Shown here: positions 50,733-60,189 of the stretch, one piece after another
Layout: each line of letters begins with the position of its first letter
Position numbering within the stretch: position 1 is the first letter of the stretch
DNA from: Nitrospirota bacterium
GTDB lineage: Bacteria > Nitrospirota > UBA9217
Reading direction: 5' to 3'
Assembly: GCA_963749655.1 (NCBI GenBank)
Contig: CAVVOB010000028.1
Location: 128,001-192,000, forward strand
DNA: 64,000 nt
The notes under the pieces: model-generated
Database searches by the model: none
What the model saw: the letters and a program-made list of their open reading frames with translations, nothing else
What the model was told of the DNA's origin: nothing
Position numbers and translations under genes: made by a program

Positions 50733-50738
50733 TGGGGT

Positions 50739-50794
50739 ACTCTACCACAAAACGGGCTAGAGTACCATACCCTCTTCAGGGTATTTTAGGGGTA
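50739..50794 (-). promoter_or_regulatory. Putative internal promoter for the response regulator with GGGGTA box, overlapping the kinase 3' end
   Basis: Box AGGGTATTTTAGGGGTA at 50778-50794; TGGTAC-17-(TG)TAGAGT, then 6 nt to ATG 50732. Confidence 0.5.
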
Positions 50795-53615
50795 GGGGGA
50801 TCCGGATCCTGATGCAGGCACCCGGTCCTGGGGAAATCTCCGCTGACCCGCCGAGCTCGCCTGCGCGTTGTTTCATGTTCGAAAGACCCCTGCCGCCGCA
50901 GGCATCGGTCTTCAGTCCCACGCCGTCGTCCCGGACGATCAACTGCACCTCCTGCGGCAGGACTTCCAGAAGCACGGCGACCTGACGCGCTTTCGCATGT
51001 TTGATAACGTTCATCAGCGCTTCCTTATAGATCTTGAATAAGTTGACCCACAGCAGGCTGCCGGGCTGCTCCCGGTCTTCTGCTATATCGGTTTTCAGGT
51101 CAAAACCGATGCCGTGCGGTTCGAGCATGCTGTTCCCCTGATTCCTGAGCTCCACGGCCAGGGTTCGCCAGTTGAGCTCCTTGCTGTCCAGGCTGTGCAT
51201 AAAGCTCCGGATTTCTCCGATCCCCTCACGGGAGAGCCGCGAGATGATCGCCAGCTTTTTCTTGATGCCCTCGATGTCCTCGGACTTCTGCGCCAGCTCC
51301 GAAAGTATGCTGATATTGGTCGTGATCCCGCCGATCCCGTCATGGAGATCCATGAGGATCTTTTCCTTCTCCAGGACATGCCGCTTTTCCTCGCCTATCC
51401 GCTGCTCGTACAGGTTCACCATCTCCGCTTCCGCACGCTTCCGGTCCGTGATATCGAACAACGTGGCGATGACTGCGGTTTTCCCCTCGTACTCGATGAC
51501 GCCGGCGGTCATGCTGATCCACCGTAGTTCGTTGTTCTTCGTGACGATTGCATATTCATATTCCGGGGGAACGTTCTCCCCTCGCATCCGGGCCTCGCCG
51601 CGCCGGCGTACCGTGTCCCGATAATCGGGATGGATGATGTCCCAGAAATCCGTGGTCATGAGCTCGGCGCGGTCCCGGCCGGTCAACTGTTCACAGGCGG
51701 GATTCACGTAGATCAGCCGGCCTTCCCGGTAGATGATGATCCCGGCCGTCGTCGTCTCCGCCAGGGTCCGGAACCGGGTTTCGCTTTCCAGCAGGGATCG
51801 GGTGGCAGCCTGCAGCTCCTGATAGTAGCGCTCGCGCTCTTCCTCCGCCCTCTTTCTGCCGGTGATGTCGATGAGCGTTCCGAGGACTGCCGACTGTCCT
51901 TCATATTCGGTGACGCCGGCCGTCATGAGGACCCATCGCTCTGCGCCGTTCTTTCTGACGATCTTGAATTCATACTGCGTCGGCGCATCGCCGCTGCTGA
52001 GCCGCTCGCGAGCTCTCTCCCGGACAAGATCGATGAAAGCAGGGTGCACCAAGCTCATGAAATTCATGGTCAGATATTCCTCGACCGTATACCCTCCGAT
52101 TATCTCGGCAGCCTTGTTCGCATACAGGAAGTTACCGCCCTGGTGGATGAAAATGGCAATCGCCGCCGTATCGGCCAGAGTGCCGAATTTCTGCTCGCTC
52201 TCCTTGAAAGACCGCCGCGCCTGCCGGGCATCTTCGTAAAGCCGCGCATTCTCGATGGCCACGGCCGTCTGACCGGCCAGCATTTCCAAGAGGTCGATGT
52301 CGCTCTGGACATAGGGCTCCCCGTTGCCCTTGCGGCCCAATACGATGAACCCCCTGACGTCTCCTTTGTAGCCCAGGGGGATGATCAGTTCCGCCGACGT
52401 TGTTTTCATGTACTCGCAGACGATGGCGATGCTGTTGTCGGAGCTCGTTCGGTCGAGCTCCTCCCGCACGATGATCTCCTGCGTCCGGCGCAGCAGGTCG
52501 ACGACGGCGGTGTTCACGGGGCAGCCGTTTGCGCTTTCGCCCCGAACGCTGCGGTCAGGCTGACGCGTGACCCAGTCGTTCTTCTCCCGGATGACGAGAC
52601 AGATATTCTCGACGCCGAGGCCTTTTTTCATGCTCGCAATGATGTAGTCCAGCAGCTCGTCAAGCTTGAGGATGGTGATGATCGCCTTCGTGGACTCCCT
52701 GAGCACGCTCTGATAATCGTATTTGTCCTGAAGCACCATCTGCTGGATCCGGCGCTGCACCGCCGGCCTGAAGGGCGTCCCGAAGAGGAGGACGCCGATG
52801 AACGAGAGCGACAGCATGATCGCGAGCGACTCACCGAGTGCGGGCGAAAGAATTTTGAACAGGAGGATGTGCACCAGAGATACCGCCAGGGACAGAAACA
52901 CCACGTTGAGCAGGCGGGAGATCATGACCCGCAGGTCGAAGAGCCGGTGCCGGGTGATCGCAAAATAGGTGAGCACGACCCAGGGCAGGCTGAAGTACGA
53001 AGCCAGGGCTGGGTCGACGGCGCCGACCACCGGCTGAATGCCGGCGATAACGATGCAGCCGCCGGTAAAGAACATCGTGCCGTACAGAAACAGGCTCAAC
53101 TGCTGCTTCTTGATGCCCGCCATCCGCGTTCGGGCGCGGTAGACCTCGATCAGAAGCCAGAGAGCCATGAAGGAGCCGATGATCCGGGAGGGCTCCTCCA
53201 GCGGTCCGTCGATGTTCACATAGGGAATCAGCGACGGGTCGCCCGGCTCGACCAGGTCGGTAAAAAGCGTCAGCGCGAAAATGACGGTCCAGAACGGGTA
53301 GAACGTCCATCCGACGATCCGTGCAACGCGGCTGTTCTCGTCCTGCAGGTAATAGATGAACTGGAGGCAGGCGGGAACCATGAACCAGCCGATCCAGGTA
53401 GCCCGGTTGAAGAAGTTGTAGTCTCGGCCCTGGGATGCCAGAGTATAGGAGACGGCGGTGCAGAACACGAAGACGGCGGCGGAAAAATAGAGGAGCGCGC
53501 CTGCCCGCATGGCACGGCTCCCGCCGGGCGCCTGCCTGAGGAGTGCCAGCCCGAGGATCACCTCGAGAATGCCGCCGGCGTAGAGCGGATAACTGATAAG
53601 GTGGTACAGGTCCAT
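50757..53615 (-). CDS. Sensor histidine kinase: N-terminal multi-TM domain, GAF, two PAS, HisKA_3, HATPase
   Basis: MDLHDGIGG H-box, EALMNVIKHA, DDGVG, GRGLSNM; two PAS repeats; GAF ending AVAIENARLY. Confidence 0.93.
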   Translation of the reverse strand: MDLYHLISYPLYAGGILEVILGLALLRQAPGGSRAMRAGALLYFSAAVFVFCTAVSYTLASQGRDYNFFNRATWIGWFMVPACLQFIYYLQDENSRVARIVGWTFYPFWTVIFALTLFTDLVEPGDPSLIPYVNIDGPLEEPSRIIGSFMALWLLIEVYRARTRMAGIKKQQLSLFLYGTMFFTGGCIVIAGIQPVVGAVDPALASYFSLPWVVLTYFAITRHRLFDLRVMISRLLNVVFLSLAVSLVHILLFKILSPALGESLAIMLSLSFIGVLLFGTPFRPAVQRRIQQMVLQDKYDYQSVLRESTKAIITILKLDELLDYIIASMKKGLGVENICLVIREKNDWVTRQPDRSVRGESANGCPVNTAVVDLLRRTQEIIVREELDRTSSDNSIAIVCEYMKTTSAELIIPLGYKGDVRGFIVLGRKGNGEPYVQSDIDLLEMLAGQTAVAIENARLYEDARQARRSFKESEQKFGTLADTAAIAIFIHQGGNFLYANKAAEIIGGYTVEEYLTMNFMSLVHPAFIDLVRERARERLSSGDAPTQYEFKIVRKNGAERWVLMTAGVTEYEGQSAVLGTLIDITGRKRAEEERERYYQELQAATRSLLESETRFRTLAETTTAGIIIYREGRLIYVNPACEQLTGRDRAELMTTDFWDIIHPDYRDTVRRRGEARMRGENVPPEYEYAIVTKNNELRWISMTAGVIEYEGKTAVIATLFDITDRKRAEAEMVNLYEQRIGEEKRHVLEKEKILMDLHDGIGGITTNISILSELAQKSEDIEGIKKKLAIISRLSREGIGEIRSFMHSLDSKELNWRTLAVELRNQGNSMLEPHGIGFDLKTDIAEDREQPGSLLWVNLFKIYKEALMNVIKHAKARQVAVLLEVLPQEVQLIVRDDGVGLKTDACGGRGLSNMKQRAGELGGSAEISPGPGACIRIRIPLPLKYPEEGMVL

Positions 53616-53771
53616 CGTAATCAGGCCCCAGCAACTTCTTGCATTTTAATGCGCCAACAGTCGGATAAAGCGTCACTGCAACCGGCTGAAAACCAGCCGC
53701 AGAAAAATCAGCAGCACTGCATAAAAGAATTTTTTCCGGAATGGGATTGGGCAGAAAACTCTATACATAGT

Positions 53772-53800
53772 ATTGTATGTTAGCACATAGATTACGTCAA
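53772..53800 (-). promoter_or_regulatory. sigma70 promoter of the kinase
   Basis: TTGACG-17-TACAAT. Confidence 0.6.
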
Positions 53801-53891
53801 GAGAATTTTGTTATTCAAAAAAAACACGGGTTTGTCCAAAAACAGGCGTCCTATGCCGGCCTTTCCTCCTGAAAGGCCACGCCCTTTTCGT

Positions 53892-53920
53892 TTGACAGGG
53901 TGAAAGTCCGGCGCTAGACT
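53892..53920 (+). promoter_or_regulatory. sigma70 promoter of usp
   Basis: TTGACA-17-TAGACT. Confidence 0.6.
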
Positions 53921-53955
53921 TGAGTTGTAGACGATCGATATCAGAGGAGGGTGCA

Positions 53956-54417
53956 ATGCAGATCAAGACTATCCTGTTCCCGACCGACTTTTCCCAGGGC
54001 GCGCGAGCTGCCATGGACCATGCCGTATCGCTGGCCACGACCTACCATGCAAAGCTGGTCCTGCTCTACGTCATCCAGGACATCAGCATTGCCGAATGGT
54101 ATATTCCCTCGACGCTTTCCGTGACCGACCTCGTAGAGGACATGCAGAAGAGCGCTGATCAGGAAATGGCCAAATGGGTCGCCGAGGTCTCCTCCAAGGC
54201 CGGAAACGTGGAAAAACTTATCGTGCGGGGTGTGCCTTTCGTGGAAATCATCAAGACGGCGAAGGAGCTGAACGCGGATTTGATCGTCATCGGCACCCAC
54301 GGCAGGACTGGGATCGACCACATGCTCTTCGGCAGCACGGCGGAGAAGGTCGTGCGCAAGGCGTCCTGTCCCGTGCTCACGGTCCGGGTCGCAGGCAAGG
54401 AGTTCAAGATGCCGTAG
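53956..54417 (+). CDS. Universal stress protein
   Basis: ILFPTDFS, ADLIVIGTHGRTG...GSTAEKVVRKASCPVLTV; GAGGAGG RBS. Confidence 0.95.
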   Translation: MQIKTILFPTDFSQGARAAMDHAVSLATTYHAKLVLLYVIQDISIAEWYIPSTLSVTDLVEDMQKSADQEMAKWVAEVSSKAGNVEKLIVRGVPFVEIIKTAKELNADLIVIGTHGRTGIDHMLFGSTAEKVVRKASCPVLTVRVAGKEFKMP

Positions 54418-54444
54418 AGCCGGACGAATCCAGAACCCAAATAT

Positions 54445-54480
54445 AAAAAGCCCCACCTGTGGAAACAGGCGGGGCTTTTT
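54445..54480. terminator. Bidirectional intrinsic terminator
   Basis: AAAAAGCCCCACCTGT-GGAA-ACAGGCGGGGCTTTTT between convergent genes. Confidence 0.85.
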
Positions 54481-54512
54481 ATTTCGAAGTATCCGATCCT
54501 GCTTGCCGATAC

Positions 54513-56675
54513 TTACGGGTTGTACCGCGCAAGGACGAAGTAATAATCGGAGGCGTTCGGCGTGGTGGTGCCTGATACCACGATCTTGCCGTCCGAGGGC
54601 TGTATGGCAACGTCGAAGGCGGCGTCAAAGTCCGTCCCGATCGCGAGTGTCGTGACGCCGTCCCCGCTGAACGACGTGTCGAGGCTGCCGTCGGCACTGT
54701 AGCGGACAACGGCGAAATCCATGTTCGAGCCGTTGTGGTTGCCGCCGACCGCGACGATCCTGTTGTCCGACTGGACAGCGAGGCCCCGGATGATTTCGGC
54801 GGCAGTCCCGATCTGGGTGATGACCCTGCCGTCCCCGTCAAAGCTCGTGTCGAGGGCTCCATTGGAATCGTATCTCGCAAGCGCCATATCATTGTCGCTT
54901 CCGTTGTACGCATATCCTCCCGCGAGGATCTTGCCGTTTGTCTGGATGGTGACGGCGTAGGCCCCGTCATCGCCGCCCACGCCTCCCATATCGGTCACGA
55001 CCTTGCCGTCGCCATCAAAGCTCGTATCGAGCGAGCCGTCGGTATTGTACCGGACAAGGACGAAATCCTCATCATAGGTCACGCCGTTCGTTGTCTGTCC
55101 TGCCGCGATGATCTTGCCGTCGGCCTGGATGGCGACGCCGTACGCTGTGCTCGGCCAGTCCGTATAGATCGCAGTCCTTACCTTGCCGGTCCCATTGAAC
55201 GTCGTATCAAGGGAGCCGTCGGCATTGTAGCGTACGACGGCGAAATCGCCGTCATAAATCGTGTTTGATTCCCCTGCCACGACGATCTTCCCGTCCGTTT
55301 GAAGAGCTACGCTGCGCGCCCAATCCGTGATCGTTCCGACCTGGGTCGTAACGAGGCCGCCTGCGCCGAAGCTTGTATCGAGGGAGCCGTCTGTATTGTA
55401 CCGTGCCACGGCAAAGGCGCAATACACGCCGGGGTTGCTCTGGCAGGAGTCGCCGGCCACTACGATCTTGCCGTCGGACTGCATGGCGACGCTCTCGGCG
55501 TAGGAATAGGTCCTGACAGGAGTTGTTACGATGCCGTCCGCGTTGAAGCTCGTATCGAGGGAGCCATCGGTATTGTAGCGGACAACGGCAAATTCGTAGT
55601 TTTCGCCGTTTTCGAACGATCCCACCGACACGATCTTTCCATCCGCCTGGATGGCGACGCCCCTTGGAATATTCAGTCCGCTGACGGTGGTGGTGACAAT
55701 GCCGATCAGATTGAAGGTGGTGTCGAGCGTACCCGCGGGAGAAGGAGGAGCCGCGGTGATGACGGCCGAATCCGCCGTGCTGTCCACGGTCCCGTCATTG
55801 ACCGTAAGGCTTACCACATAGGAGCCGTCCTTGTCTGCGGTAAACGTGGGGTGCGACGCCGTAGCATCGGAAAATACCGCGGTGCTGAGCGGCGGCAGGG
55901 AGGTGAACGACCAGAGATAGGTCAGGTTGTCGCCGTTGGCATCGCTGCTGTTGCTCCCGTCGAGCGTCACCGTTGCTCCGGTGGCTACATTCTGGTCCAG
56001 ACCGGCATCGGCAACCGGGGCGGCATTGCCGCTGGAAGCCGTGATGGTGACCGTATCCGCTGCGCTGTCCACGGTTCCGTCGTTGACGATGAGGCTCGCC
56101 ACATACGTTCCGTCCACGTCCGCGGTGAACGTTGGCTGCGAGACTGTTGAGTCGGACAATACCGCGGCGCTGATAGGCGGAGCGGAGATGATTGCCCAGG
56201 AATAGGTCAGGCTGTCGCCGTTCGCGTCGCTGCTGCCGCTTCCGTCGAGCGTCACTGTCGCTCCGGTGGCTACGTTCTGGTCCGGGCCTGCGTTGGCGAC
56301 GGGGACGGCGTTCCCTGAGGCCGCCGTGATGGTAACCGTGTCAGCGTCGCTGTTCGCTGTTCCGTCGTTGACCGTGAGGCTGAGAACATAGGGTCCCTCC
56401 GCATCGGCGACAAACACAGGCTTGACTGCGGTTGCGCTGGACAGGACCGCCGTGCTTCCGGCGGGTCTCGCCGTCAATGTCCATGCATACGAGAGCGTGC
56501 CTCCGCTCGAGCTGCCGCTTGCGCTTCCGTCGAGGGTCACCGTCGACCCGGTCACGACACTCTGGTCGCGGCCGGCGTCCGCAACAGGGGCCGCGGGATT
56601 GTTACTGTTATTCGAGCTGCACCCGGACAGGAGTGCAAACATAAAAACGAGTGATACAAGCAATAATCGCTTCAT
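54513..56675 (-). CDS. Lipoprotein with 3 PKD-like domains and 7 Delta-60 repeats
   Basis: LSGC lipobox; PVA(D/N)AGxDQ x3; GxLDT(S/T)F x7 with Q.DGKI..G motifs. Confidence 0.9.
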   Translation of the reverse strand: MKRLLLVSLVFMFALLSGCSSNNSNNPAAPVADAGRDQSVVTGSTVTLDGSASGSSSGGTLSYAWTLTARPAGSTAVLSSATAVKPVFVADAEGPYVLSLTVNDGTANSDADTVTITAASGNAVPVANAGPDQNVATGATVTLDGSGSSDANGDSLTYSWAIISAPPISAAVLSDSTVSQPTFTADVDGTYVASLIVNDGTVDSAADTVTITASSGNAAPVADAGLDQNVATGATVTLDGSNSSDANGDNLTYLWSFTSLPPLSTAVFSDATASHPTFTADKDGSYVVSLTVNDGTVDSTADSAVITAAPPSPAGTLDTTFNLIGIVTTTVSGLNIPRGVAIQADGKIVSVGSFENGENYEFAVVRYNTDGSLDTSFNADGIVTTPVRTYSYAESVAMQSDGKIVVAGDSCQSNPGVYCAFAVARYNTDGSLDTSFGAGGLVTTQVGTITDWARSVALQTDGKIVVAGESNTIYDGDFAVVRYNADGSLDTTFNGTGKVRTAIYTDWPSTAYGVAIQADGKIIAAGQTTNGVTYDEDFVLVRYNTDGSLDTSFDGDGKVVTDMGGVGGDDGAYAVTIQTNGKILAGGYAYNGSDNDMALARYDSNGALDTSFDGDGRVITQIGTAAEIIRGLAVQSDNRIVAVGGNHNGSNMDFAVVRYSADGSLDTSFSGDGVTTLAIGTDFDAAFDVAIQPSDGKIVVSGTTTPNASDYYFVLARYNP

Positions 56676-56767
56676 GACTTTCCTCCTTTGAAACTTTCTC
56701 TTTATGTCATCCGGAATCACTGCTAGGAGTATCAAACCAACCCCGCAAATCCCCGTCAGTTCCCGAT

Positions 56768-58454
56768 CTACTTGAATCTCCAGATGGCCATGTCGTAATA
56801 CGGGTCTATTTCTCCATTTTCACTGGCTCCTGCGACCACTATCCGTCCCGAAGGAGTCAAGCGTGATGGCGTAGCCCTCGTCATTGCCTCCGCCCGCCGC
56901 GCCGTCGTTGATCGCATATCCTGTGCCGTTGAAGGTCGTGTCGAGCGTGCCGTCGGTGTTGTACCGCCAGATGGTCAGATCGCTGTTGCCATCGGCATTT
57001 TCGCTCAGTCCTGCGACCGCTATCCGCCCAGAGGAGTCGGTCGTGATGGAGTAGCCTTCGTCACTGCCGTTGGTTCCGCCTGCCGCTCCGGCGTTGACCG
57101 CATATCCCGTGCCGTTGAAGGTATCATCGAGAGTGCCGTCGGTGTTATATCTCCAAATGGTCATATCGGTATCGGAGGCTGCGTTCATGCTGTATCCAGC
57201 AACCAGGATCCGTCCCGAGGAGTCGAGCGTGACAGCGTAGCCGATGTCGCTTGCGGTGCCGCCCGCCGCTCCGTCGTGCACAGCATATCCCGTGCCGTTG
57301 AAAGTATCGTCGATCGTACCGTCCGTATTGTATCGCCAGACGACCATGTCGAAATTGCCGGCTGCATTCAGGCTGTACCCAGCAACCACTATCTTTCCCG
57401 AAGCGTCGATTGCGACGGCATTGCCGTAGTCGGCGCTGTTTCCGCCCGCCGCGTTGTTGTGGGCCGCATATCCCGTACCGTTGAAGGTATCGTCAAGCGT
57501 CCCGTCCGTGTTGTATCGCCAGACGACCATGTCCCAACCACCCGACGCGCTTACACTCTGTCCCGCAACCACTATCTTTCCCGAAGAATCGATCGAGACA
57601 GCGTTGCCCATGTCATTGCCGCTTCCGCCGGCTGCATTGTTATGAGCCACATACCCCGTGCCGCCGAACGCGGTGTCGAGCGTGCCGTCCGTGTTGTATC
57701 GCCAGACAACCATATCGTAATTACTGGATCCCCTGTTGCTGTATCCTGCGACCACTATCCGTCCCGAAGAGTCGAGCGTCATTGCTTTGCCATAGTCACC
57801 GCCGTTTCCGCCCGCCGCATTGTTGTGGGTCGCATAGCCCGTGTTGTTGAAGCTCGTATCGAGCGTGCCGGCGGCGTTGTATCTCCAGATCGCCATGTCG
57901 TAATCGCCGCCCGGTGCGGTGCTGTATCCGGCGGCTACTATCCGCCCCGAGGAGTCAACGGCGACGCCGTTGCCCCAGTCATTGAATATTCCTCCTGCCG
58001 CATTGCTATGGACCACATACCCCATGCCGCCGAACGTGGTATCGAGTACTCCGGCGGCGGGGCCTGTCGTTGTCGCCATGATCGTGACTGTGTCCGCCGT
58101 ACTGTCAACCGTGCCGTCGCTCACCACAAGACTCATCACATATGCTCCGTCCTTGTCAGCCGTGAAAGTCGGATTCACCAGGGTAGCGCTTGACAACACT
58201 GCAACGCTCCCTACGGGAACCGAGGTGAACGACCAGGCGTACATAAGCGCGTTCCCGTCGGCGTCTGTGCTGCCGCTGCCGTTAAGCAAAACCAGCGCTT
58301 CCGTTGCTATATTCTGGTCCTGTCCGGCGTTCGCCGTAGGAGCGGTATTGCTGCCGCCCGTACTTCCGCCTCCGCCGCCTTTGCAGCCTGCCACAAAGAC
58401 GGTTAAAGTGATTATTGCCGCCACTGCAGCAACTATCACACTGGATCGTTTCAT
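56768..58454 (-). CDS. Lipoprotein with 1 PKD-like domain and 7 Delta-60-like repeats; frameshift near 56845
   Basis: VAGC lipobox, poly-Gly linker, WRYNTDGTLD.TF.GTG repeats; corrected end ..DMAIWRFK*. Confidence 0.88.
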
Positions 58455-58496
58455 ATTGGGCTCCTTTTTAAGTATGAGTTTGTCAATGAAATCCCC

Positions 58497-60137
58497 TTAC
58501 CGGTACTCGCTCTTGAAGATTTGCCTAAAGGTATCTACACGCTGCCACCACGATATTATTGCGTTGCCGTTATCATCCATGGACACATCCGGGTCATCAG
58601 CATCAGAGCCCGCGACATTGATACGATCAGCCAATGAAGCAGGGTTTGTCCAGGCGCCGTTCCGGTACTCGCTCTTGTAGATCGAATCATAATCGCCGTC
58701 GTATTGCTTCCAGGTGATAATTGCGTTTCCGTTATCGTCCATGGCCGCATCCGGAGCGTAGGCATCGTCGTATGCCGATTCAACGCTGATATGATCATCC
58801 AGTGAGGAGGGATTGATCCAGGCTCCGTTCCGATACTCGCTCTTGTAGGTTTGATTAGTTACGCCGTCAGATTGCGCCCACGTGATGATCGCGCTTCCGT
58901 TGTTGTCCATGGCCACTCGCGGATACTGGACTGATTGTCCGGCTACACTGATGTGGTCGTCCAATGACACCGGGTTCGTCCATATCCCATTGCGGCACTC
59001 GCTCTTGTAGACCTGATAGTTCGTGCCGCTGCTGTCATACTGTATCCAGATGATGATGGCGTCCCCATTGTTGCTCATAACCACCAGCGGAAACTCGACG
59101 GACGGTCCAGTAACGTTGATGTGGTCGCTGGTCGAGGTAGGATGGCTCCAGATCCCGTTGCGGTACTCGCTCTTATAAATCCGGTCATTTGTTCCGTCCC
59201 ATTGCGTCCACGTGATGATTGAGTTTCCGTTGTCGGCCAGGGCCACGTGCGGGTTCGAAGCATACTGCCCGGCGGCGGTGATTTGATCCGCGAGCGAGGA
59301 AGCATCGTTCCAAACGCCGTTGCGATATTCACTCATATATATCCGGTCGTATGCGCCGTCGAATTGATGCCAAGTGATGATAGCGTTACCATTGCTGTCC
59401 ATCGCCATCTGCGGATAATCCGCGGACTGTCCGGCGATGCCGATATGGTCGCTGGTCGATGTGGGATGGGTCCAGATCCCATTGCGGTACGAGCTCTTGT
59501 AGACCTGATTATTCGTCCCATCGGACTGTTGCCACATGATGATTGTGTTTCCGTTGTCGTCCATGGCGACTTCTTGTGAAATCGCATCCTGTCCTGCAAA
59601 GCTGATGTGGTCATCCAACGACGAAGGACTGATCCAGACCCCATTACGGTACTCGCTCTTGTAGATCTGATATTTTCCGCTGCTGTCAAACTGACACCAC
59701 GTAATGACGGCGTCGCCGTTTTTGCCCAGGGAAACCCGGGGGGAAAGGGCGTCCTGACCGGCCACGCTGATGTGGTCGCTCAATGAAGAGGGGTTGACCC
59801 AGGTCTTGTTCGCGCAGGCAACGGCGACCGCGGTCACATCTGCATCGGAACTGCCGCTGCCGTTGGTGACCGAACAGTTCTGGTTCGAGGGCCTTGATTG
59901 TATGATCACGCTGTATGCCGTGCCGTTTGAAACCGCAGTCGCGAAGGTGAACGCGCCGTCCCGCGTAATGGTCAGGTCGTCCGCACCGTTGTTCCGGAGC
60001 ACCAGCGTGCCGGACAGCCCGCTCACCGCACCGCCGACTGTATACGTTGATCCTCCTGACGAGGAGCCTCCGCCTCCGCTGCAGGCCACAATGAGAAAAA
60101 GCAATACCAGCAAAACAAAGCTTTTTATTTTCGACAT
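58497..60137 (-). CDS. Lipoprotein with Ig-like domain and eight ~54-aa repeats (probable 8-bladed propeller)
   Basis: IVAC lipobox; W..P.SL.DHI...GQ...P.VAMD.NGNAII.W.Q.DG...IYKSEYRNG x8. Confidence 0.88.
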   Translation of the reverse strand: MSKIKSFVLLVLLFLIVACSGGGGSSSGGSTYTVGGAVSGLSGTLVLRNNGADDLTITRDGAFTFATAVSNGTAYSVIIQSRPSNQNCSVTNGSGSSDADVTAVAVACANKTWVNPSSLSDHISVAGQDALSPRVSLGKNGDAVITWCQFDSSGKYQIYKSEYRNGVWISPSSLDDHISFAGQDAISQEVAMDDNGNTIIMWQQSDGTNNQVYKSSYRNGIWTHPTSTSDHIGIAGQSADYPQMAMDSNGNAIITWHQFDGAYDRIYMSEYRNGVWNDASSLADQITAAGQYASNPHVALADNGNSIITWTQWDGTNDRIYKSEYRNGIWSHPTSTSDHINVTGPSVEFPLVVMSNNGDAIIIWIQYDSSGTNYQVYKSECRNGIWTNPVSLDDHISVAGQSVQYPRVAMDNNGSAIITWAQSDGVTNQTYKSEYRNGAWINPSSLDDHISVESAYDDAYAPDAAMDDNGNAIITWKQYDGDYDSIYKSEYRNGAWTNPASLADRINVAGSDADDPDVSMDDNGNAIISWWQRVDTFRQIFKSEYR

Positions 60138-60189
60138 ATCTTCCTCCTATTTGCGTTGACTGCCCGCGTGCTTTTTTTGTCCCGTTCCG

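Noticed and set aside
24835-53783. Long antisense ORFs (24835-26208, 41473-42699, 47029-48933, 48992-49897, 51630-53783)
   Set aside because: They are shadows of GC-rich genes with clear family motifs on the opposite strand.
56737-56756. AACCCCGCAAATCCCCG as a fifth GGGGTA box
   Set aside because: Opposite orientation, 10-bp rather than 11-bp period, and no matching promoter geometry.
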